Source: Hormiphora californensis (lineage: Eukaryota; Animalia; Ctenophora). From it: a stretch of DNA of 64,000 nt. Positions within the stretch are counted from its first letter, which is position 1. The number at the start of each line of letters is the position of its first letter. The translations under genes were made by a program, and so were the position numbers. The stretch is taken from contig CM035360.1 in NCBI GenBank assembly GCA_020137815.1, positions 2,976,001 through 3,040,000 on the forward strand, read 5' to 3'. Below, piece by piece: positions 47,301-64,000 of the stretch. The notes under the pieces are model-generated. The model was not told where the DNA came from. It ran no database searches and saw nothing but the letters and a program-made list of their open reading frames with translations.

Positions 47301-49408
47301 AACCGATACGTGATACCATGCCGAATCGGGGCACCCTAAGCGGGCGAGGAAGTATCAAAATTTCAAAATAACTTTTTCTCTCAAAATTTATGGGGAGCAC
47401 CGATCAAAGCATTGCCAATCGTACTGTAAAATTTTGCAAAAAAGTTTTAAAATTTTTTAAAGGTATACCAGCCAAGTCCGAATCGTGTTTCGAATCGATG
47501 CATCTTATCGCATGTCCTGCTGCTAATTAGACGGTTCGGAACGAATCGAAACGTGATCCCCATCGAATCGAAATTTTGACGCTTGGTGAACTTGTGATCC
47601 AATGGCCACATGGGGATCACGTATCGGTTCGTTCCGAACCGTCTAATTAGCAGCAGGACATGCGATAAGATTCACTGATTCGAAAAACGATTAGGCCGTG
47701 GCTGGTATCTTTTTAAAAAATTTTCAAAAAAAATTTCACAAAAAATTTCATAAAAAAAATTCAAAAAATTTTTGGGGGAAAAAAATCCTGTCCCTAAATC
47801 GGGGTGCCACTAAATCGGGGGCCCCTAAATCGGGGTCCGACTGTATTTGTACCTGTATTGAAAGTGTGACAATCCAAAGAAAAGCCTCGGGTGCCGGCCA
47901 AAGTCTGTCCTCAAATTTGACGATGAGGGTGTGAATACCAGCTGTAGCAGTGAAGAGAATCACTCCCCAAAATAACTTCTCCTCACATTTCCACCTCTAT
48001 AGAAAAAGGGGGGGGGGGTTAGAATTATAGACAGAAGGGTAAAATTATTGTAATGATGTAAGAGAGTTCAGAGTTGTTAGGAATCAACATGCATTATTAT
48101 TCAGTAGGTATCTTGATCCAAGATTTTATGAAAATTAAATTATATAATGTGCGATAAATGTTTTGCATTATTCAGTTCTTGCAGCCGGCGTGTAAGCTTT
48201 TTCTCAAGAACCAACACACAGCTTACTCCTAGTAATTCTACAACACAAATCCATAAACGTACCAGTGCTCGAAAGGGTATTTTATAAAGGAGCAATGACG
48301 TCACGATAGAGGGAGTGTTGGTGACCAGCAATATCACAACTCCACACCCAACCTCTGACATTTCTGAGGAAAAGGGTATTTTAGTTGACCATAGATTTTC
48401 AAACGGTGTATAAATAAGAGATGGATCGAAGGAGCTGATCCGAAACTAATTACTGTGCCAGCAAATGGAATAAAGATGGAATTTACTTGAACTTTGTGTT
48501 AGTGGATTCAAATGGAACTTACTCTGGCTTTTCCTGGCGTTGTAATGTAATACAAACACTAGTTGATATGCAATGAAGATGATTTGAACGGCTGCCAGGC
48601 ATACAATACTCCATAACGAACCCCAATCTTTCTATTAGGGAGAGAGACGTGAATTATTTAGCATAAATATATTACTTCTACTAACTTGAATAAAGCAAAA
48701 CTGAGTAAGTTTGACATGTTTATGTTTATGAGCTCTTATAATGCATTACATTGTGCTACTCCATCTAGCTAACTTACCGGACGGGGAATTGCGGGGATTT
48801 TATTGCGTAGAACCGATAAAGGCCAAGAGAGAAGTGTGGAGAGTACCTGTTGGGAAGGTTAGGAGGGTGCTATAAGATCGAGCATGCAAAGCAAGACACA
48901 AACACATGCAATTAGCAATACAGAATAGTATATATAATCCCCTCCCTCCCTCTCTCTCTCCCTCTCTCTCTCGAGAGATCTCTCCTGCATTCCCGATATA
49001 ATATTCTCCCTATTTGTCTATCTCAGATCCCCCTCCCCCTGATTATCCTACTTTCACCCTCTCTGACTGGCAACATGTCAAACTTTCACCCTCTCCATAT
49101 CTTCCTAAAACATCTCTCTAACATCTCTCTAACATCTCGCTAAAACATCTCGCTAACATCTCTCTAACATCTCTCTAACATCTCTCTAACATCTCTCTAA
49201 CATCTCTCTAACATCTCTCTAACATCTCTCTAGCATCTCGCTAAAACATCTCTCAATCTCTCTAATCCCTTGTTCCCTCTCAATCTACCTTTCCCAGATG
49301 CCCCAGAAGTCGAATAACGGTTGTTCCGAGGTTTGGGCAAAAGGTTGCAAGCAAACATATACAGCATAGAATGATTTGAAGTGCAATCAAGCCATGATAG
49401 AGTTCCAT
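44373..49408 (-). CDS. Uncharacterised multi-pass membrane protein (~12 hydrophobic segments, possibly MFS-like); ~11 exons near 49408-49289, 48846-48778, 48634-48523, 48364-48260, 47997-47853, 46240-46083, 45800-45597, 45467-45298, 45093-44973, 44814-44683, 44573-44373
   Basis: GT-AG exons chain in frame without stops: MELYHGLIALQIILCC..|VLSTLLSWPL..|KDWGSLWSIVCLAAVQIIF..|..GCGVVILLV..|..LFWGVILFT..|GGVQGLVDILLMEL..|..|..VHLAFALTGIVLL..KL*. The family assignment is inference from hydrophobicity only. Confidence 0.72.
45969..46077 (-). mobile_element. 109-bp MITE, copy 8
   Basis: Full length, no clear TSD. Confidence 0.88.
46972..47843. mobile_element. Long member of the CAGTCGGACCCCGATTTA MITE family (TA TSD, Tc1/pogo-type ends)
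   Basis: TA|CAGTCGGACCCCGATTTAG..CTAAATCGGGGTCCGACTG|TA, with repeated CTAAATCGGGG subterminal motifs. Confidence 0.88.
49110..49262. repeat. 11-bp AACATCTCTCT minisatellite near the first donor of the membrane-protein gene
   Basis: About 13 tandem units. Confidence 0.9.
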
Positions 49409-50642
49409 CTTATCTGTGTACTCCGTTCCGGTATCACCTCCTGTCTGTGGTTCAGATTTTTTTAGAATCGGGTGTAAAAACTTCAGTTTAATACCCATAT
49501 CGTGAGGTGTACTAAAAACAGAATTAGTATTTATGAAATAAAGTATAGTTTTTGGGGGTTTGAGGCAAAAATAGGGATCACATTCACAAGAGTCAAGATT
49601 TATAGGAGTAGAACTAGAAAACATTCAACAAACGGAGCTGGTATAACGGACTTGAACAATAGCTCTGTACAGAACTCTAACTTGCTCTCTCTTTCTCAGC
49701 CAAGCTATTCGACACAGTGATAATGTTATACGCGTGTGTACGTGTGGACTCTGTTCAGGTCCTAATGACCAGGAGAGGGGAGAGCGTTATATAAAGGACG
49801 ATAAAAGAGAGTGTTCAGAACTAGGAAGGCTATCTCGGCCATCTCCAGCTCCACAAGCTATCTAGACCGGTGAATCGTTACATTATATAGACAAAACCAT
49901 GACTAAAAGGAAGTATCAAGTAAACGTTACATTGAGCATACAGTGCAATGTACATATTTTTCTACCACACCATACCATACGCATACATGATGCTGTGATT
50001 GGTGTATACACCAATCACAACAGTTGTTTTTTAAATGTGTTGGAAAAAGTGGAAAACTAGATGTAACTTAGTCGATGCTATAGCTTGATATCAATCTGTC
50101 AAATAAACAGCTTCCTACTAAACAGGACTCGAAACCCTACAAAAACAACATTAGGATGACCCATTCTCCTTCCTATATTGCACCTCTCTATAATAATATG
50201 AACCGGAATGAACACCGTCTACAAACAGACAACATGTAGCCTCACTCTCTATTCACCAATGCAAATGGACGTTCTAGGACAAACAAAATCAAGACTGAGA
50301 AGGAAGCAGTATATAATGTCATCACCTGGGCAGCTCTGACACCCATTTGGTTGCCATGGGAACGACTAACGGCCGGTAGTTGCTATGACAATGGATCATA
50401 ATAGAGTGTATGACGTATAAGATATAGATTATAGAGAGTGCATGATTCTTAGAAAATCTGATATATATGAATGGAGGTCGGTAGGAAATAAAACATCAAT
50501 TATTGTTGTAGACAACAAAAAGTACTCAATGTCAAGAAATAAAGGTCTAAATGTTCTAGACAACAGTAAAAAGGTGTGCGTGTACACTGTACACTCAAGA
50601 TACATCATACAAATAAAAAGTGCGATGTGAGCAAGAAAACGT

Positions 50643-50716
<74 letters not shown>

Positions 50717-52442
50717 ACATGCACTCTACTACTAAAAGAAATGGAAGTAGAGTTCTATCCCAAGCTACACAGTTACATGCATCGCACGTAGCAAACAATT
50801 AGATCTGAACATTGAACAACGGAAGAAACATTGAAGTAGGTAGAACTTATTTCACAACGGAAGAAGCATACAGTTAACCAGCTTATTTAGAATGTGTCTC
50901 GTTTAGCCCCCCCCCCCCCAACACTCAAATAGTTCATGTGTTACTTCCGGCATTAGAGAGTCTGAACAGTGTAGCACCCAACAATAACGAACTTATTAGG
51001 TGAGGAGAGAGGTGTAGCACCCAACAATAACGAAGTATGAAATTTATTTGGTGAGGAGGGAGGGAGGGAGGACAAACAAGTAGGGAGGGCAGGTCCACTC
51101 CTTACTCAACGACTAAGTTGGTGTTACTAAATACCAAATATGAAATAGAGCACCCTAGTGGTGAAACGGCAGTTCAGTAGTACACTTTAGGTAGATCTAC
51201 ACAGCGAGACATTGGACAACACCCTTTTTCTTACAAAAGTCCACATCTAACTTTGCACAGATATCTTTACCGTACAGTACAAATCTGAAGAATTAAAGAA
51301 GGGCAGATGCATGGTACCTTACGAATACGAAATTGCTGAAGGTTTATAGGTTTCTTGAACACAACAACACTGTGTAATAAAACGGTGTTATAAAATGTGA
51401 TATATTCACTTCCTTGAACAATGAACTGTGCAGGCATTTGCTACAAGGATGCTTGGTAGCTTCTGCCCTCTCTCTCTCAGCTCTCTTTCCTCTCTCTATC
51501 TCTATTTCCCTCTCTATCAAGTCTAACACACTACCTCTCTCAGCTCTCTCGGTCTTTCTCTCTCTATATCTCTCTCAGCTCTCTCGGTCTTTCTCTCTCA
51601 GCTCTCCCAGCTTTTCTCTCCTTCTCTCTTTTGGTCTTACAGTATATCTCTATTCTCCTGTCAGGCCAATGCTCTGGCCACAGTTCTCTATTCTCTCATG
51701 ATTATGTGTGTTTATGATACACTTACCCCATTATATCCGATAATATCACTGCACAACAAAACAAAACAAAGAGTGTATCTACAATGTTACATGTGAACCG
51801 AATTGTGTGGCCCAATTATATGAATTATAGTGTACACTGCTAGTATCGTATCGTATAGTAATACTATCGTGCGGGGGGTTTGGCGACCGGAATATTGATG
51901 CATTGTCTTGGTCGTATTGTAAATGATCATTTTACTCAACATTAAGTTATGTAAATTCTATGTGATGATATCATTTGGGCCATTGAGGTTTAATACGGCC
52001 AGTTAAGGAATGTATATTTCAAGGAAAGGTTATTAGAAAGTACCCGCCTGAAAGGGCAATATAATTGAGGCAAGACAAAGCGTGTTTTGTTTTCTTTCTC
52101 TCTCCCTTTCTATTTCTACTACTATATATACGATATATCTTCATTTCTATAATCATATAGAAGCCAAAGCAAGAGTGAAGAGGGGTTGGGGGGTTCAATG
52201 TGCTACGATCTAGAGAGTGAAAAATATTGATATGTGGCAGAAATTCATAACAGCTCGATATACCTACAATGGCACCCCCAGGTATAATAGTACAATGCTA
52301 GCCGGTGGACAAGTACCTAGACAGTGGTGGAGCTACAAAACACAAAGTTGCACAACAGAACAAAGAGAGACCTTTATTACAATCCCTAACTGTGCTCTAA
52401 ACAATAGATCGGTTAAATGCAGAGAGTTTACATCTCCAGTTC

Positions 52443-52875
52443 TATAGAGATTACATAGTTAAGGGGAAGAACACCACCGTTGCCTTGGTTGTCATGGTAA
52501 CGAGAAGGTGTCTAATTGATAATGAGGTGTGATAATCACCCCCGTGGTGTTTTTTTTTTTTTTTTTTTTTTTGAGACCTCCCCGTGGTGTTCTTCCGTAA
52601 CATTTCCATAGCTCCCATGATCTGAATGAGGGTCTTTCTGTTATACACTACCATTGATATGGCTTCATCTAGAGTTCCTGTCAGTGGTTCAAACGGTGTC
52701 ATGTGACATTCAATGTGACCCGTTTTCAACCAATAGGGGGTGAAGATGTGAAGTGTGAATGTAATGTGGAATGGAGAGGGGGGGGGGGTGCGGAGGTTTG
52801 GGAATTGATGAGATCTCTAGGGTCATCTAAAAACTTCGGAAAATGTGAGAATGAAAAAGTAAAGAAACAAATTGG

Positions 52876-52928
<53 letters not shown>

Positions 52929-53586
52929 ACGAGAAAGAGGGTACCTGTGAGTAGGTAACTGTGACCAGGTTTAGCTGAATTAGCTTGGAACCCACTTGAG
53001 AATGGACCCGTAGAAATGTTCCTGAATCCTGCTGGACTTGTTTTTCATCAACAGGGAAAGAGAGAATGTATGAGATTGTGAGAGGGAGAGAGTAAGTTTT
53101 TCTATCTGCACTGATCTAGCAGGGTTCCATCAGCAGTTATTTAATTTCGGATTTACCAAAGCTGAAAGCAAAGGACGTCATTTTATTCCAATTTGTTTCT
53201 TTACTTTTTCATTCTCACATTTTCCGAAGTTTTTAGATGACCCTAGAGATCTCATCAATTCCCAAACCTCCGCACCCCCCCCCCCCCCCCTCCATTCCAC
53301 ATTACATTCACACTTCACATCTTCACCCCCTATTGGTTGAAAACGGGTCACATTGAATGTCACATGACACCGTTTGAACCACTGACAGGAACTCTAGATG
53401 AAGCCATATCAATGGTAGTGTGTAATGTAAGGGGGTCCTTTATAAGATCATGGGAATGTATGGAAATGTTACGGAAGAACACCACGGGGGTGATTATCAC
53501 ACCTCATTATCAATTAGACACCTTCTCGTTACCATGACAACCAAGGCAACGGTGGTGTTCTTCCCCTTAACTATGTAATCTCTATA
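52443..53586. repeat. Inverted duplication, ~440-bp arms around a ~300-bp spacer
   Basis: Mirror ORFs MKTGHIECH.. and MTFNVTRF.. on opposite strands. Arms differ by indels. No clear TSD. Confidence 0.85.
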
Positions 53587-55849
53587 TGAAACAGCTATTT
53601 CTAGCTTTCTATGTAGTTACTCTCTTTTACCCTCACTTCTCAGTCTATAAATCTTTTTATCTCCCTCTAACCCGTACCATATATGGTAACTAAATATATT
53701 TAGTTATAAATAAAAGCTTCTGGGTCTAGTAAGTGGTAACCTTTTAACTAAATGATGAATACCAAGACCATAAAGTTGCTAAGAGCAACCTGGGAAAAGA
53801 GAGAGAAGTATGGTGGGTGAGGAACTGGACTAATTATGTATAATTATGATTAAAGAGACTAGAAATAGATCAAGAGAGATTTAACAGCGAGAAAATAAGA
53901 TGGAGAGATAGAGATCGATAGAATGACAACAAAATGTATAATATACAAAGCGCACCATCATATGCTTACACACTAGAAAAACAAACCACAACACACACAC
54001 TGTATGTCATGGGTAATGTGTCTCTCTACTTCACTTGTGCAGCTGCTAGACACACATATTTTGTAATGTTTGGGGGCTGAAATATAACCACTGGCAGCTG
54101 CTATTATTGTCCCTGAAAATCTGACAGAGAGTACGAGCCAGTGTGAGACTGTCAGAGCATTGGCCTGACCCATTCTCGTTTCTCTCAAATAAGGAGCGCG
54201 CGAGAAATGTGGTCAGAGCATTGGCCTGACAGGTGTGAGACCAAAATGCAGCTTCCCTACAGTTACTAGCTAGGGTGAGGACTGAGAGAGTCTAACTCTC
54301 TTTCTCTACATTTTACAGCTAGTTAGATCGTTACAAGACGTACATACAATACGCCACACACCCACACAGGCAGATGGTTAGGAGCTGAGCCGTAAGGTCT
54401 TTGAAACATGACAACAGATAAGACTTCTCCGATTTCTTGTCTAAGGTGTGAGGACACTAAACTATTATCATGCAAACAAGCTTAGAAGTAAATTGAGAAG
54501 TAAAGGATCAAGTTGTGATAAACAGAACTCACAAGTGAGAAGGGAAATAAAAATTGAGGGTAGTCTATTAGGTACTGTGTGTATACTCAATACACACACA
54601 CAAAGTGCCGCACTATACTGTTATACACCACAAGCAATGCTGGCTCTCTATTTTACTAGGGACGATATGTAGTGGGCACTGACAGAAGGAGGAACCGAGT
54701 AATACATTCCACCCTACCAATTATTATAGTGCTAGCTATGATCGCAAATATAGATACGATCATTATAATGCTTCGATCTACTGCAGTCATTACATCAGAC
54801 GATGGTTAGCTGTATTGAAACGGTTTCTTCCTATCAAATATCAGTTGTTAATGGAACGAAGCTCTCATAGAATTGAGTGAAAATCACATCATGACCGGCC
54901 GATTGTAATTAAATAGAAAATCCTGGCACATCCTACAAAGATTAAAGGTGGGTATAATAATACGAAGGATGTGCCAGACAGAAAATATCGTATAATATTG
55001 AAATTTGGACAGGAAATTACCCGTAGAGAGAAACGGATGGGAGGAAGAGAGAGGGAGAGAGAAAGTGAAAGGGAGAAAAAAAGAAATAGTGATCACTACA
55101 GCTGCCAATATTGACCTTCCACGAAGAAGTGACAGCTTCTATTACTAGAGAGCTACTCGCTGTTCCTCCACTTAAATATGGTCGCAAGTAAACCGCGTTC
55201 CAGCCACTTTCACCTCACTTAGCTAAACGCAATTCAGGAAAATTAATAATGTCGGCTTGAACGAGTTAAGTAAAGGGGAAGTGTGCAAACTAAATTTGCG
55301 TGAAGGTCAAAGCACGTAACGTGACGCACTTACACACTAGCTAAAGAGTGATAGGAGGAACGCATACAAGAAATGTACAATTGTGGCACTGGAGACGGGT
55401 TGCTAGGGAGAAGAGGGAGGGAGAGTCTGGGGGAGCGTGTATGGAACGCGCATTGACTAGCAGGAGCTGTTAGTCGCGCGCGCAGATGTAGAGCGTGGGA
55501 AAATCAGACCGTTCTGCTCTGACAAGGGCGCCCGATCCCGGGTCGGGAAGCTGCCAGCTGCCATATCGTGCTCATATGATCGAGCTACTTTATTGTACCA
55601 TATTTTCCAATAAAGTGGAGTGTATCTTTGAAATCCGTTTGGCAAGATCCAAAGTTTCTAAATTCAGGGATTTCTATACCTGAGAGGGCAAGGGACATAT
55701 TCAGCTTTCCGAACAAACAAAACGCTATTCTTCCAAACATAAGAAAATATCAAAATATGTATAAACCTTTTTAAGAGAAAAACATATACCCTTTCCGTAC
55801 AAGAAAAAAAAGTATAAATACTGTCCCTTTTCTGTCTTTGTCTACAAAA

Positions 55850-56765
55850 TAGTAGAGGCAATAATTACACTCACCTCCTCTGATTTCTATGAAACTTCTC
55901 CCATGCTAAGAGGTGGCAATAGAGGTTCAAATACCGCAGAGTTTAAGTCTGAACAATGTTCGGTTCGTTAATTATCGCTAATTGAAAAACGCCAAAATGG
56001 CCTAAAATCGCCCTAAGTTCCAAATTGAAATTTTGGAGTTGAGACTCCAGACTTCATGGAGATGTCCGCTAGGATGACAATGTGCACCAAAATCGGACGG
56101 AAGCCTAAATTCGTCCGAATTCGGTACGAAAAGCCGGGTAGACTGAATTTTGGTCACGTGACATGGGTCCAAAATCAGTTTTTTGCCATTTACGCCTTTC
56201 CTGTACGTCGGAGACAAAAAATATGGCCAATACTTGTCATTTCCATCGCTTTCTGCATCTTTTAAGCCCTCTATAGATATATAGAGTTTTTCAGGAGACT
56301 AAAAGACGTCACTTCTGAACCGTTGAAGTAAGGGATATTTATAGGGGGCTTAAAAGATGCAGAAAGCGATGGAAATGACAAGTATTGGCCATATTTTTTG
56401 CCTCCGACGTACAGGAAAGGCGTAAATGACAAAAAACTGATTTTGGACCCATGTCACGTGACCAAAATTCAGTCTACCCGGCTTTTCGTACCGAATTCGG
56501 ACGAATTTAGGCTTCCGTCCGATTTTGGTGCACATTGTCATCCTAGCGGACATCTCCACGAAGTCTGGAGTCTCAACTCCAAAATTTCAATTTGGAACTT
56601 AGGGCGATTTTAGGCCATTTTGGCGTTTTTCAATTAGCGATAATTAACGAACCGAACCTTGTTCAGACTTAAACTCTGCGGTATTTGAACCTCTATTGCC
56701 ACCTCTTAGCATGGGAGAAGTTTCATAGAAATCAGAGGAGGTGAGTGTAATTATTGCCTCTACTA
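55850..56765. mobile_element. Foldback element with TAG..CTA ends and probable 3-bp TSD (Academ-like)
   Basis: AAA|TAGTAGAGGC..GCCTCTACTA|AAA, ~425-bp arms, mirror ORFs 56056-56265 and 56350-56559. Confidence 0.78.
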
Positions 56766-57112
56766 AAACACAAAGTGTGGTTAAGATGTGTGGTATATAA
56801 AGATACGAAGATAAATAAATATCAAATTAGAAAATCAAATACCCCCTCCTTCTCTGCAACACACGTCCATTTGCAATAATGATTTCATCTCGAGCACTGC
56901 TCAAAGAATCCTCATTCTGTCCCCCTAGAGTCACAGACCCAGCATGCACTCGTGTGTGAACCTAATAAATTGTCAACATATAAAATTAAATCCTAGTTAG
57001 TCGGCAGCAGTAGTCTCTTTAGAAGTTGAATCGCAGGTTGATCCTTAGATCAGCTTCCTCGATTCGTAGCCGCTTCGTTTTCCTGTATTCCTGTAAATAC
57101 AATTATTAAATA

Positions 57113-58258
57113 CATAATAATAATAATAATAATAATATTCCGCGCTTATATACCGCCCATACCCGACAGAGACATGTCAAAATATTGACGATGTTCCGCC
57201 GAATCATCAGAGCGGTATATCCTCGACTACTTATATGACACACTCGAACAGCTCTGGTTGAAAAACAATATATAGACGACTAAATAAACTTGACTTATAA
57301 AACTGAGGGAATAACTGGTCCCATAATCCTGTAGATATAAATTAAAACACACTATACTCACACCTGCTCGAAAAAAGGATACTAGGTAATGAATTAATAA
57401 CATGGCTAGAGAGAGGATGACACTGATTGCCCGCAGGCCCCACAACTACAACAAACATTACAACTCAGCCATGGGTTCCCCATCACCCACTCCAAATGCA
57501 CCAACGAAGAGATGTGTTTTCAGCCGGGTTTTGAAAGTATCCACATTGGGGATTGACCTGAGCTCAAGAGGAAGCTCATTCCAGACAGAGGGCAGGAATA
57601 CTGATAACCTCCTACGTCTCAACTTAGAGTTGGCATTGATACTGGTCATCTTTGGATGTTTTAACCTATAGGGATCCGGAACATTAGTCATCCTCGTTGT
57701 CCTAGAGGTTCCCCAAGTCTCATCACGTGGCACCAAATCCTGGAGATAACACGGGGCTGTTCCATTGACTATTTTGTAGGCAATCAAACATGCTTTGAAG
57801 TCCAACCTGTAGGAGATCGGTAAAATATGACATTGCCTGAAATACTCCATGTAGTTGTCCTGGTGTCCGTGGAGGTTAAATACAAAACGAACACAGGCAT
57901 TGAGAAGCTTCTGGAGCCCACTGAGAACTCGACCAGGAAGTCCACAATACAGAATGTTACTGTAGTCTATCCTCGATAAAATCAACTGTTTGACCAACAT
58001 TATCTTTGTTGGGATATCAAAACACCTGTGCAGTTGCCAAAGGTTTCGTAACATCAGTCCACACTGTTTCCTCACATTGTTAACCTGTCGTTCAAGGCCA
58101 AGGTTATGATCCAAGAGAATTCCCAGGGTTTTACCATCTGTTCCACTACATTCACTGGGGGAGATTTCCGTTCCTCCAAAGTTAATAACTGGATCAAAAG
58201 AGACTTTGCTTAGAGAACTGCGCTTTCCAAGCAGGATGAATTCCGTTTTGGCCTCATT
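57113..58258 (-). mobile_element. 5'-truncated LINE (CR1/L2-like): C-terminus of RT, 3' UTR and (ATT)n tail
   Basis: NEAKTEFILLG..LGILLDHNL..LILSRIDYSNILYCGLP..HILPI..RLDFK..WNELPLELR..FKTRLKT. (TAA)n at 57115-57137 on +. Candidate TSD TAAATACAATTATT at ~57094 and ~58284. Confidence 0.9.
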
Positions 58259-58982
58259 ACACTCATTATAAATACACTCATTATAAATACAATTATTGGA
58301 CTCAGTTGAACTTGGATGAACTCTTTGAGAGAAAAAAGCTACAGATTACTTTAGAAAGTGGAACTGCGCAGTATTAGATGAGGTAATGTCTTGATTACTT
58401 GTCGCTTACTGACGTAGTGCCAAAGAAACCTGACTAGTGCATGAAAAGTGGCTAAAGCAGATCACTTGAAGATCTGCAGTATGATTTGACATGTTCAATT
58501 ACTATCTTGTGTGAGCACTGAGCAGTAGCAGTACTGTATCGTGTATGACGTATTGCGCCATTGCGGTTGAGATGTGGCAATACATCTATTAGGGCCATTC
58601 AATGCTGTGCATGTGTATGAAGTGGGACATGCTATACAGAACTATAGTGGTCCAGTCAATTGCCCTGATATGACACAGATGATAGAACTATTATAGTAAT
58701 AGTGGCCAGTAGTGCAGCAGCAGTGCAATAAGTGGAGAGATAATGACATCTTCTTTTCAGCAGTGCAATATAAGTGGAGAGATAATGACATCTTCTTTTC
58801 ATCATGTTGACATCATTGCAGAGCGGCCGTGTATTAAGCAGCTGCTTGAATCGCTTGATGATGTGTCCGTAATCAGTATGAACAATTCAATGAAAATTGT
58901 GGAGATGAAAATAAAAACTAAAAACAGGTTATAAAGAAAAGGACATGCAAGGTGTTTATATGCTACACACACAGACACAGTT

Positions 58983-63015
<4,033 letters not shown>

Positions 63016-64000
63016 TGGTCGGCGAGTTGGAAAAGTTTTACTCAGCAACTACAGAGATGTGTATGGGATATGGACAGGGAGATAACACAAAGATACGTGT
63101 ATGTGATGGATAGGGAGCTGTAGCTGGAGATAGCACACAGAGCAGAATATGAACCAGGGAATATGCGAGGAGGAGGAGGGACAATAAAATCATGTCAACA
63201 ATATTCCCATGTTGTTATATTTAGGCTCTTTGTTAATCATCAACAACGCCCCATCTTGATTAATACAGGGTGATATAGGAGGATATATTAATTAACAAGA
63301 TTGAGATATTATCTCATTTCATTATTGAACAGATTTATTGATGTGGTCAGTCAAAGCAGAGTGAATGTCCCATTTTGGTGAGTCGTATGAGTATGACACT
63401 GTATCCGTGCTCCGGATAAAGTATAAACAATTCAACATTTTTGGCCAATATCACATTATCCCGACCATTAGTTATGGACATCATAATATATCCCCTTCCG
63501 GATAACATGATATTATTGCGTTCTAAAGAACTAAGGAACAAATAGATCAAAGCTGTGCAGATATATATATGCAGGATTCAAAACTTGTAAAATGTGAAGT
63601 GTGAACAAATCGAGTTGGAAGGAAAACAAAAGACTGGAAATAACTCTACGAGAGAATCTTCTTGAAGGAGATCAGCAGCAATTCAGTCGGTTCAACTCAC
63701 ACAAATGAACTGACAAGAGAGTAGAGGATACTGGAGTAGCTGAAGGAGCGATCTAACCGCCACACAACCGCAGAGCAAAGATGAACCGCATTCTAGCGAA
63801 GAACTCTGCAACACAAAAACGATCCATACAGTAGGTGAGGGGGGGGGGGGACAAGTAATTTTCGAATACTATATTTTTACCGACCTTGTTTTTACCCTTA
63901 TCCGATTTTCCGGCCGGTTTCATCTCTCCGAGTCGGTGCGAGGATCAACGTGGAAAGAAAGTATAGAATGATCAACCAAACCACAAACAAATGACAAATA

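Noticed and set aside
49994-50019. Short perfect palindrome TGTGATTGGTGTATACACCAATCACA (other small hairpins at ~7087-7137 and ~33340-33385)
   Set aside because: Single short occurrences in a palindrome-rich genome, with no evidence for an RNA gene or a defined element.
63880-63923. Possible first coding exon MKPAGKSDKGKNK of the bZIP gene
   Set aside because: Weak donor and no homology support; cannot be distinguished from UTR or another gene.

Overview
Intron-rich, repeat-rich animal genomic DNA, not prokaryotic. The GPCR type, the nested gene and a MITE whose translation QEPTETSKQPIRTRYLGHVTGYQPIRDQYFLIRSVP I recall from Pleurobrachia gene models suggest a cydippid ctenophore; this is recollection, not verified. 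Manually spliced genes: a PRPS-associated protein (PRPSAP-like, +, 8 exons, one GC-AG intron); a ~35 kb UBR5/EDD/hyd E3 ligase (-, ~30+ exons) hosting an antisense 7-exon rhodopsin-like GPCR and two tRNA-Gly(GCC) genes in its introns; an 11-exon multi-pass membrane protein (-); and an ATF3/Fos-like bZIP (-). About a fifth of the window is non-autonomous DNA elements, many of them long palindromes, from several terminus classes, plus a 5'-truncated LINE. Four observations stand out. (1) Many exon-intron junctions in four genes are tandemly amplified 2 to ~17 times, giving arrays of decoy donors, acceptors and branch-point-like motifs. (2) A 109-bp CCAAT/E-box MITE sits within 5-30 nt of splice sites, mostly donors. 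(3) The UBR5 HECT exon has ten +1 insertions, each spelling two synonymous codons in four bases; this is most likely a haplotype-merging consensus artefact. (4) A 13-copy array of RFX X-box-like motifs lies in a UBR5 intron. All coordinates were read by eye and may be off by a few bases.
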